DNA of 64,000 nt, taken from positions 288,001 to 352,000 of the forward strand of contig JBGARZ010000005.1 of NCBI GenBank assembly GCA_044229975.1, read 5' to 3'. Shown piece after piece: positions 49,844 to 58,256 of the stretch (position 1 is its first letter; every line of letters starts with the position of its first letter). Below the pieces are notes generated by a model, which searched no databases, had not been told where the DNA came from, and saw only the letters and a program-made list of their open reading frames with translations. The stretch is from Polyangiales bacterium. GTDB lineage: Bacteria; Myxococcota_A; Polyangia; Polyangiales; Ga0077539. The position numbers and the translations under genes were made by a program.

Positions 49844-52800
49844 ATGACCGACGCACGGCACCGGGTTCTCATCGTAGGCGGCGGCCCGTCCGCCCTCAGC
49901 ACGGCGTGGGCGCTCACCGCGACCGCGGATCTGCGCGCACGGTACGACGTGACGGTGCTCCAGATGGGGTGGCGCCTCGGCGGCAAGGGGGCCAGCGGGC
50001 GCGACCTCGATCGCCACGCGCGCATCGAGGAGCACGGGCTCCACATCATGTTCGGCTTCTACGACAACTTCTTCCGGGTGATGAAGGAGACCTACGCCGA
50101 GCTCGGTCGCTCGCCCGATGCGCCGCTCGCCACCTTCGCCGACGCCTTCAACCCCGCCGAGAGCGGAACGCTCGAGTGGTACTACGACGACGTCTGGCGC
50201 CCGATCACCATCGGGCTGCCGCGCAACGAGGCCGAGCCTGGCACCGGGACGGTCTACGACAGCAGCGGCACGTACCTCTGGACGCTGGTCGCGGGCGCCA
50301 TCGGAGCGACGCTCGGCGCGCCCACCCTCGAACGCCTCCAGCACCTCATCTTCCCCTTCGGCAAGGCGTGGGACCGCGACCCTGGTGGCTCCGTCGCCGC
50401 GGGCCTGAGCGACCCGCTGGTCACCCTCTTCGTCGACCTGCTCAAGGCCCTGCTCGACGCTGCGTCCGCCGTCGACCGGGCCGCGCACGAGCTCGCGCCG
50501 GGGCTCATGGCCCTGCTCTCCAAGGCCGAGCGCGCCATCACGACGCTCGTCGAGCACGTCGTCGGGGGCGACTCCACCGCGGCGCTGGCGCTGTCGTTTC
50601 TCGACTTCGGGCAGGCGCTCCTGCGGGGCATCCTCGCCGACCGCGTGCTCGACCCCGGCGGCTTCGAGCGCATCGACAACGAAGACTGGGCCGACTGGCT
50701 GGTGCGCCACGGAATGCTCGACGAGCACCGCGACTGCCCCGGGGTGAAATTCGTGTACGACGCGGCGTTTTCGTACCCGCACGGCGGCAACAAGCCGCGC
50801 ATGGCCGCCGGCACCGCGATGCGCCTCCTCCTGCGCGTCGGCGGAACCTACAAGGGCGCCGCCTACTACAAGATGCAGGGAGCGATGGGCGACGTCATCA
50901 TCGCGCCGCTCTACCAGGTGCTGGCCGAGCGCGGCGTGACGTTTCGCTTCTTCCAGCAGGTGACGGCGGTCGAGGCCGAGGGCGACCGCCTCGCGCGGGT
51001 GCGCATCCAACCGCAGGCGGTGGTGTCCGCGGGAGCCGATCGCTACGACCCGCTGGTCACGGTGAAGGGCGTCCCGAGCTGGCCCAACCGCCCACAGTGG
51101 GACCAGCTCACCGGCTATCCCGCCGCGTGGCGCGATGACCCCTCGCACTTCGAGTCCTACTACGCCGACACGCCGATGCTCCCGGAGACGGTGCTCACCC
51201 AGGGCGTCGACTTCGACACCTGCGTGCTCGCGACGCCCATCCAGTGCCTGCCCTTCCTCGCGCCCGCCCTGTGCGCGCGACCGAAGTGGAACGCCATGGT
51301 GACCTCCATCCAGGCCGTGCAGACCGTCGCGGTGCAGCTCTGGTTCAAGAAGACGACGCACCAGCTCGGGTGGAAGGGTGAGGCGCCGCTCTTGAGCGAC
51401 TTCTCCGATCCGCTCAACACCTGGTGCGACATGACCCAGACGCTGGTGCGCGAGGAGTGGCCGACGGGGTCCGCCCCGACGAGCGTGCAGTACTTCACCG
51501 GGCAGCAGCCGGGGCCGACGGTGTGCCCGCCGCGCTCCGACCGCACCTTCCCCGCGCGCATGAAGGCCGAGGCGCTCGACGAGGTCGCCCGCTTCATGGA
51601 CTCGCAGCTCACCATCCTCCTGCCCGGCGCGGGGTCGCCCGTCGCGCCGCACGCGGTCGACGGCGCGCTGGTGGTCGACCGCTACGTGCGCAGCAACTGC
51701 GAGCCCTCCGAGCGCTGCACGCTCTCGCTCCCCGGCAGCAACCGCCACCGCATGCGCGCCGACGGGTCGGGCATCGAGCACCTGCGCCTCGCGGGCGACT
51801 GGCTCGACAACGGCCTCTACGCCGCGTGCCTCGAAGGCGCCATCATGGGCGGGCTCCTCTGCGCCAACACCTTCGACGGGGTGAAGCAACCGCTGGTGGG
51901 CGCGCGCTTCGACGACGGCGACATCGACCCCGCGCACGGGACGCGCCCGCCCGTCACGCCCGAGCGCCCCGCGGCGCCGCCGTGGGTGGCGCGCTACCGA
52001 CCCAGCAAGAAGGTGAAGGTCGCGGTGCTCGGCAGCGGGGTCGGCGCGATGACCGCGGTGTGGGGTCTCCTGCAATCGCCCTTCGCCGAGCGCTTCGAGA
52101 TCACCGTGTACCAGTACGGCTGGCGGCTCGGCGGCAAGTGCGCGAGCGGCCGGAAGATGGACGCCCACGCCCGCATCCAGGAGCACGGCCTGCACGTCTG
52201 GACCGGCATGTACGACAACGCCTTCCGCATGATGAAGACGGTGTACGCCGACCTCGCGCGGCCGCACGACGTGCCGCTCTCCACCTGGTACGACCCGAGC
52301 GACAAGAAGCGCAGCGCGTTCTGGCCGCACAGCGCCATCTCGCTCGGCGAGGTGAGCGGCGCGCACCCGGGGCTGTGGCAGATCGAGGCGCCGATCAACC
52401 GCGACACGCCCGGCAACGGCAAGCTGCTCGACTCACCGGGCGCCTACCTCATCGAGCTCGTCGAGATGGTGGAGGAGATGCTCTTCGGGGCGGACTTCCT
52501 CGCGCGGCAGCAGCACGAGGGCGGCGACGGCGCGCGGGGATTGCTCAGCTCGCTCGTGGGCGCGGTGGACTCCCTCGTGAAGGACAAGGACCCGGCGAAG
52601 GCCGCGTTTCGATTGCGTGTCGGGAGCCACTGGGCGCGCGATCTCTCGGCGCACATCCGCCGGGCCGAAGGGCTGGTGGACGGCGCCGTCGAAGACGCCA
52701 TCGAGCTCGCGCAGAAGCTGGTGCGCGCCTTCGAGCGGGAGTTCGTGGCGATCGACGCGGGCGACCTCGACGCGCGCCATGCGTTCGAGCTCATCGAGTT

Positions 52801-54235
52801 CGCGATGGCGATGGCGATCGGGGTGCTGCGCGACGGGGTGCTGCACCGGGGCTTCGACGTGGTGGATGGGGTCGAGTTCACCGAGTGGATGCGGCGCCAC
52901 GGGGCGTCGAGGGTCGCGCTCGATGGGGCGCTCGTGCGCGGCTGGCACGCCTTCGCCTTCGCCGCCATGCACGGCGAGATCGAACACTGGAGCATGAGCG
53001 CGGCGACGGCGCTGCGAACGCTCTTCCGCTGCGTGGCGACCTTCAAGGGAGCGTTCTTCTGGATGATGCAGGCGGGGATGGGCGACACCATCTTCACGCC
53101 GCTCTACGAGTGGATGACGAAGCGGGGAGTGCGCTTCGAGTTCTTCCATCGGGTCGAGGAGATCGACTGCTCGCTCCACGGCGTGACGACGCCGCTGGTG
53201 CAGCGCGTGCGGGTGGCGCGGCAGGTCGACCTGGCGCCGGGCGTGGAGAAGTACGACCCGCTGGTGCCGGTGAAGGGCGTCTCGTGCTGGCCCGCCGATC
53301 CGCGCTGGGAGCAGCTCGACCCGGCGCAGGTGGCGAAGCTGCGCGGCGACGGCACGAAGCCAGCCATCAACCTGGAGTCGTACTACGCCGACTGGGAGCC
53401 GGTGGCGCGGCGCGACCTGCTGCTCGGCGAGCACTTCGACCTCGTCATCGCGGGGCTCTCCGTCGAGCCCATGCGAACGCTCGCCCCGACGCTGCTCCAG
53501 CACTGCACGCGGCTCAAGACGGCGGTCGACGCCGCGCGCACCAACCAGACCATCGCGGCGCAGCTCTGGCTCGACGTCACGCCCGCATCGATGGGCTGCA
53601 AGACCCCTCCCTCCATCGGCGCGGGCTTCGCCGAGCCGCACAACACCTTCGCCGACCTCAGCCACCTGCTGCCGCGCGAGGACTGGAGCGCCGACGACGC
53701 GCCGAAGACCATCGTGTACCTGTGCGGGGTGTTCGGCGACGAGGTCACTCCGCTGCCGCCTCCGTCCGACCACGATTTTGCGCGGCGCAGTCAGCTCCGC
53801 GTCGAGGCGATGACCGAGTCGTGGCTGCTCTCCTCGTGGGGTCAGCTCTACCCGGCGGCGACCATCCCCGGCACCGACGGCATCCGCTGGGCGCGCCTGC
53901 ACGCCCCGGCCGGGCTCAGCGGGTCACAGCGTCTGCGGGCGCAGTTCGTCCGCGGCAACATCGACCCGAGCGAGCGCTACGTGCTGTCGCCGCCCGGGAC
54001 GGCCGCGACGCGCATCCGCGCCGACGAGGCGGGCTTCGACAACCTCGTGGTGGCGGGCGACTGGCTCTACACGGGGCTCAACGTCGGGTGCGTCGAGGCC
54101 GCCGTGATGGGCGGACTCCAGGCGTCGCGCGCGCTGTCTGGCTATCCCGCGGTGATCGTCGGCGATACGGGGTGGTGGTTCGGTCGGCCGGACGAGGCGA
54201 CGGCCGTGAGCGGGGCTACGATGACAGCGCGTTGA
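49844..54235 (+). CDS. Tandem double FAD/NAD(P)-binding oxidoreductase (two complete amine-oxidase/desaturase-fold units in one chain)
   Basis: Twice: GxG dinucleotide start, Q.GWRLGGK.ASGR, EHGLH..G.YDN.F, MQ..MGD.I..PLY, AGDW...GL...C.E.A.MGGL; second unit starts near 52007. Confidence 0.88.
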   Translation: MTDARHRVLIVGGGPSALSTAWALTATADLRARYDVTVLQMGWRLGGKGASGRDLDRHARIEEHGLHIMFGFYDNFFRVMKETYAELGRSPDAPLATFADAFNPAESGTLEWYYDDVWRPITIGLPRNEAEPGTGTVYDSSGTYLWTLVAGAIGATLGAPTLERLQHLIFPFGKAWDRDPGGSVAAGLSDPLVTLFVDLLKALLDAASAVDRAAHELAPGLMALLSKAERAITTLVEHVVGGDSTAALALSFLDFGQALLRGILADRVLDPGGFERIDNEDWADWLVRHGMLDEHRDCPGVKFVYDAAFSYPHGGNKPRMAAGTAMRLLLRVGGTYKGAAYYKMQGAMGDVIIAPLYQVLAERGVTFRFFQQVTAVEAEGDRLARVRIQPQAVVSAGADRYDPLVTVKGVPSWPNRPQWDQLTGYPAAWRDDPSHFESYYADTPMLPETVLTQGVDFDTCVLATPIQCLPFLAPALCARPKWNAMVTSIQAVQTVAVQLWFKKTTHQLGWKGEAPLLSDFSDPLNTWCDMTQTLVREEWPTGSAPTSVQYFTGQQPGPTVCPPRSDRTFPARMKAEALDEVARFMDSQLTILLPGAGSPVAPHAVDGALVVDRYVRSNCEPSERCTLSLPGSNRHRMRADGSGIEHLRLAGDWLDNGLYAACLEGAIMGGLLCANTFDGVKQPLVGARFDDGDIDPAHGTRPPVTPERPAAPPWVARYRPSKKVKVAVLGSGVGAMTAVWGLLQSPFAERFEITVYQYGWRLGGKCASGRKMDAHARIQEHGLHVWTGMYDNAFRMMKTVYADLARPHDVPLSTWYDPSDKKRSAFWPHSAISLGEVSGAHPGLWQIEAPINRDTPGNGKLLDSPGAYLIELVEMVEEMLFGADFLARQQHEGGDGARGLLSSLVGAVDSLVKDKDPAKAAFRLRVGSHWARDLSAHIRRAEGLVDGAVEDAIELAQKLVRAFEREFVAIDAGDLDARHAFELIEFAMAMAIGVLRDGVLHRGFDVVDGVEFTEWMRRHGASRVALDGALVRGWHAFAFAAMHGEIEHWSMSAATALRTLFRCVATFKGAFFWMMQAGMGDTIFTPLYEWMTKRGVRFEFFHRVEEIDCSLHGVTTPLVQRVRVARQVDLAPGVEKYDPLVPVKGVSCWPADPRWEQLDPAQVAKLRGDGTKPAINLESYYADWEPVARRDLLLGEHFDLVIAGLSVEPMRTLAPTLLQHCTRLKTAVDAARTNQTIAAQLWLDVTPASMGCKTPPSIGAGFAEPHNTFADLSHLLPREDWSADDAPKTIVYLCGVFGDEVTPLPPPSDHDFARRSQLRVEAMTESWLLSSWGQLYPAATIPGTDGIRWARLHAPAGLSGSQRLRAQFVRGNIDPSERYVLSPPGTAATRIRADEAGFDNLVVAGDWLYTGLNVGCVEAAVMGGLQASRALSGYPAVIVGDTGWWFGRPDEATAVSGATMTAR

Positions 54236-56378
54236 GGGTGGCGCTGGCGGCGCTGCGGCCCGAGTCGACGGCGCCTTCGAGGCTGCCTGTGAGCAGGCGG
54301 GTGTACGTCCAGTCGCCCGCGACGACGAGGTTGGGGTAGCCCGTCTCGGCGGCGTGCAGGCGGTACTGCGCGGTGCCCGGCAGGATGGCCGTGTAGAGCT
54401 GGTCGGGACCGCTGTTGGGGCGCACCTGCACGGCGCACACGTGCAGGCTCGACAGGCTGTACGGCTGGAGGGGCGCGGCGGCGCCGGGCCAGAGCGTCCC
54501 GATGGCGAAGCGGGCCCAGTTGCCGGCGTCGAAGAGGGCGCGCTGGTGCTGCATGGCGAGCGCGGAGACACCCGCCAGGCGGACGGACTCGGGGTCGGCG
54601 GCGGGGTCGGCGGCGAGGATGCCGGGCGCGCCGAGGGGCCCGAGGAGGTGCGAGATGGCCTTGCAGTGGCCGTCCCAGTTCTCGGAGCCGAGCACCGGGC
54701 TGGGGTCTTCCCAGGTCGCGTACGGGAGAATGTACGACGAGAGGATGGGCGCCCCGCGGTGCCACCCGACGGTGGGCAGCTCACAGCGAAACCAGATGCG
54801 CAGCGACTGGGTCTCGATGCCGCCGACGTTGAGCACGGCCTCGCGCCAGCGAGCGTTGGCGGCGAGCAGCGACGGCGCGGAGAGCGGGTACATCGCGTGG
54901 CGCAGGGTCGTGACGAGCACGTCGAAGTCGACGCCGTCCTGGAGCACGACGTCGGGGCCCTTGCGCGGATACCAGGCGTTGTCCATGGCGGGCTGCACCT
55001 CGGGGGGCGGGCGCTGCGCGACCTCGAAGGGCTGCGGAATCGGGCACTCCGAACCGTCGGTCAGGACGGGCTGGAAGAGGCCCTGCCACATGCCGGGCGC
55101 GTGCGGCCCGGGCACTGGCGCGAGCTGCTCCCACAGCGGGTCGTCGGGCCACACGGCGCGGCCGGGGATGATGCCCTTGATGAAGGGGTCGTAGGCGAAG
55201 GTGCCGGCGGTGACGTCGGCCTGGCGTTCGAGCACGACGCGGGCGATGCGGCCGTCGTCGCCGGGGACGATGTCCCACACCCGGTGGAAGTACGCGAAGC
55301 GCACGCCGCGGTACTGGAGCGCGGCGACGATGGGCCCGATGAAGGAGTCGCCGATCTCGCTCCTGAACTGGTACGCGACCGAGCCGCGGTAGTTGAAGAG
55401 CAGCTCCAGCATGCAGACGAGGGAGGCGCCCGCGGCGGCGGAGGGCGCGTTGGCCGAGCCCCCGGCGAAGGCGGCGATGGCGGCGTACCAGACCTGCGTC
55501 GCGGCCGAGTCGACGGCGAAGGCTTCACCGCCGTGGAGGCGCAGCCACTGGCGGAAGTCGTAGGCGTCCATCTTCGCGAGCCCGGCGGGCGTGTACGCCG
55601 CGTCTTCGAGGGCGCCGATGAAGATGGTGAGCCCGAGCTCGGTGAGGATGAGCGCGCGGAGGATGTCCACGTCGAGGTCGGACAGCGGGCCGAGCACGTC
55701 GCGGGCGATGCCGCGCACCAGCTTCGCCACGTCGACCATGGCGCCCCACTCCATCGGGGTGATGCTCCCGAGGACGAACTTCTCGGCCTGCCCGATGGCG
55801 TCGCGCGCGAGGCGCTCGAAGGGGTCGGTGATGAGCGAGCTGATCTTCCCGAGGAGGTCGCTCAGCACGCCCCGCTCGGAGCTGGCCGCCGCGGCGCCGC
55901 GGCGCATGTGGCCGACGAGGTCGGGCTGGAGCACGCGTTCGAGCGAGGCGCCGAGCAGGCGCGCGAGGCCGTGGTGCATCGACCAGGGGCTGTGCTCCTC
56001 GGGGAGCTTCGGGAGGGTGATGGCCCAGTCGGTCCACCCGCACTGGTAGAGCTGCTTGAGCACCACGAGGTCGCGGGCGACGAGCTCGTCGGGGCCGTGG
56101 CCGAAGCGGGTGTCATTGTGCTCGGCGAGCACCGCGTAGGCGTCGGCCATGAGCGCGAGCGACTGGTGGTAACACCCGAACATGTAGTGGGTGCCGTTCT
56201 GGTTGATCCACTGCTCGGGGCCCACGCGGCCGCTGGCGCAGAGCCCGCCGGCGCGCCACCCCATCTGGTAGACGGTGACCTCCACCGACGCCTGGTGGGC
56301 GGGATCAGACAGGTGCCACGCGGTGGCGAGGCCCGACGGCCCTGCCCCGAGAATCACGACGCGACGACGTTCACCCAT
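54216..56378 (-). CDS. FAD/NAD(P)-binding oxidoreductase, divergent paralog of the tandem protein
   Basis: ILGAGPSG, QMGWRAGGLCASGR, NQNGTHYMFG, IGDSFIGP, RGVRFAYFHRV, AGDW, SLEGAV.SG. Confidence 0.88.
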   Translation of the reverse strand: MGERRRVVILGAGPSGLATAWHLSDPAHQASVEVTVYQMGWRAGGLCASGRVGPEQWINQNGTHYMFGCYHQSLALMADAYAVLAEHNDTRFGHGPDELVARDLVVLKQLYQCGWTDWAITLPKLPEEHSPWSMHHGLARLLGASLERVLQPDLVGHMRRGAAAASSERGVLSDLLGKISSLITDPFERLARDAIGQAEKFVLGSITPMEWGAMVDVAKLVRGIARDVLGPLSDLDVDILRALILTELGLTIFIGALEDAAYTPAGLAKMDAYDFRQWLRLHGGEAFAVDSAATQVWYAAIAAFAGGSANAPSAAAGASLVCMLELLFNYRGSVAYQFRSEIGDSFIGPIVAALQYRGVRFAYFHRVWDIVPGDDGRIARVVLERQADVTAGTFAYDPFIKGIIPGRAVWPDDPLWEQLAPVPGPHAPGMWQGLFQPVLTDGSECPIPQPFEVAQRPPPEVQPAMDNAWYPRKGPDVVLQDGVDFDVLVTTLRHAMYPLSAPSLLAANARWREAVLNVGGIETQSLRIWFRCELPTVGWHRGAPILSSYILPYATWEDPSPVLGSENWDGHCKAISHLLGPLGAPGILAADPAADPESVRLAGVSALAMQHQRALFDAGNWARFAIGTLWPGAAAPLQPYSLSSLHVCAVQVRPNSGPDQLYTAILPGTAQYRLHAAETGYPNLVVAGDWTYTRLLTGSLEGAVDSGRSAASATLNALSS

Positions 56379-56435
56379 GACGGTGGTCGCGAGGGTGCCG
56401 ACCCCGCGCGCCGAACGTCAAGCTACCGGCGACGC

Positions 56436-56843
56436 TCACCCCTGGCTGACGCGGCCATCACCGCCGATGAGGATGCGCGGGCCCAGGTGGCCGGGCCGCG
56501 GCGACGCGACGGTCTCGACGGCGGCCTTCACCCTCGCGCCGACCTCGCGCACGTTGGAGCGCACGAGGCTGGCGATGGTGTACGGGCGGCGATCGGCGAC
56601 CACCCCTTCGACGTCGAGCCCGAGCGCGTCGGCGACGAAGAGCGAGCGCGTGAGGTGGAAGCGCTGGGTCACCACCACGGCGCGGCGCACCCCGGAGACG
56701 TCGCGGGCGCGGTAGAGCGTGTCGTAGGTGGTGAAGCCCGCCTGGTCCATGAAGACGTGCGCGGCGGGGACGCCCCCGGCTTCGAGGTAGCGGCGCATGG
56801 CGTTGACCTCGTCGTACTCGGTCGTGCCGTGATCGCCCGACAC
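56436..56843 (-). pseudogene. sanA: 5'-truncated SanA/YdcF (DUF218) family gene
   Basis: Begins at the mid-protein motif SGDHG..YDE..AM, then D.AGF.TYD, VVTQRFHL.R, RE..AR; in-frame stop about 40 nt upstream; no TM anchor or first motif. Confidence 0.7.
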
Positions 56844-56895
56844 CCGTTCATGGAGCGCACCGTACGGCCGTCGGGCGGAGAGGGTTCAACTCCGG

Positions 56896-57621
56896 TCACT
56901 GCGCGCGCGGCGTCGGCGTGGGGCGGGCGGCCGAAGCGACGAGCTCTCGCAGCGAGGCCATCCCCGCGCGCTCGGCGGGCGCGTCGTACGAGCGCGCCGA
57001 CGACGGGTGACTGAAGCCATGCGTCGCGCCCGCGTGGACGACGACGCGCACATCGGCCCGCCCGGCGAAGGCCGCGCGGACGGCATCGACCGCGGCCATC
57101 GGAACCACCGGGTCGACGGCCCCGAAGTGGAGGCGCATCGGGCAGCGCATCTCGGCCGCGCGTTCGAGGTACTGATCCATCCGGGTGCCGTGCCAGGTGA
57201 CGACGCCGTCGACGGCGCCGTCGGCCGCGGCCAGCAGCGCAAAGGGCCCGCCGAAGCACACGCCGAGCATCACGACGGCTCGCCCGGCCGCCTCTTCGCG
57301 CGCCCAGTCGATGGCCGCGAGGACGTCGCGGTAGGTGCGCTCGCGGTCCAGGGACTGGAGCCGCGCCATGATGCGGGGCATGTCGTCGTAGGCCGCCGCG
57401 CCGGGGTCGCTGCGGAAGAACGGGTCCATCGCGACGACGAGGCACGCGTCGGCCGCGAGCTCGCTCATCTGCGCTTCGAGGTCGGCCGCGACGCCGAAGG
57501 CCGAGGGCATGATGACCACGGCCGCGCCCGCACCGTTCGAGCGCGCGACCGTGAGAGGGAGCTCGCCGCCTTCGACGAGCAGGAGATGGCGGCCGATGCT
57601 CGCCGTGTCGGGGTTGCTCAT
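56896..57621 (-). CDS. Dienelactone hydrolase family protein
   Basis: AFGV, DPFFR, GVCFGG, HFGAVDPVVP, GATHGF. Confidence 0.9.
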   Translation of the reverse strand: MSNPDTASIGRHLLLVEGGELPLTVARSNGAGAAVVIMPSAFGVAADLEAQMSELAADACLVVAMDPFFRSDPGAAAYDDMPRIMARLQSLDRERTYRDVLAAIDWAREEAAGRAVVMLGVCFGGPFALLAAADGAVDGVVTWHGTRMDQYLERAAEMRCPMRLHFGAVDPVVPMAAVDAVRAAFAGRADVRVVVHAGATHGFSHPSSARSYDAPAERAGMASLRELVASAARPTPTPRAQ

Positions 57622-57631
57622 CGGATCGTCT

Positions 57632-58159
57632 CTACTCCGTCGCCCGCTCGCGCCGCGCGACGCCCCAGCGCGCCGCGAGGTGACCCACCGCCATCGCCAA
57701 CGGGGTCAGCGCCAGCAGGCTCCACTGCCACCCCGTGAAGGCCCAGATGACCATCACCATCAGCCCGCCGGAGAGCATCCCGTGGCGGGCGTTGGTGCGG
57801 TCACCGCGGCGACCCACCACGTAGGCCCCGACGGCCACGGCCAGCAGCAGCGTCGACACCATGATGGCCGAGGCGCCGAGCTCGGCGACGCGCGCACCAC
57901 CGGGGTTGGCGGCCCGCTGACGAGCGATCTCGGCCACCGACGAGCCGGGGCGATACACACGCCCCAGCAGGCGCACCGAGAGCGCGGCGGCGCCCTGCGC
58001 GAGCAGCGCAAAGCCCACGATGGAGATGGTCGTGCCCAGCGGGATCCAGTGCCACGGCGGCGGCTCTTCGGCGGCGGGCGCATCGGGCGCACCGGGGGGA
58101 GGACCAAAAGCGGCGGGCGCCGTCTCACGCAGGATGGGGAGGTGTCGTCGGGTGCTCAT
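57632..58159 (-). CDS. Hypothetical membrane protein
   Basis: RRHLPIL N-terminus, PPWHWIPLG, four hydrophobic segments. Confidence 0.7.
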   Translation of the reverse strand: MSTRRHLPILRETAPAAFGPPPGAPDAPAAEEPPPWHWIPLGTTISIVGFALLAQGAAALSVRLLGRVYRPGSSVAEIARQRAANPGGARVAELGASAIMVSTLLLAVAVGAYVVGRRGDRTNARHGMLSGGLMVMVIWAFTGWQWSLLALTPLAMAVGHLAARWGVARRERATE

Positions 58160-58256
58160 GGGCGGTCTCGATGTCCCTCGGGGATGCGCCGCGCACGCGG
58201 GGATGTCCAATCGCGCGCTTGCGGTACCCACCGGCTCTACACCACTCTCCGGGTCG

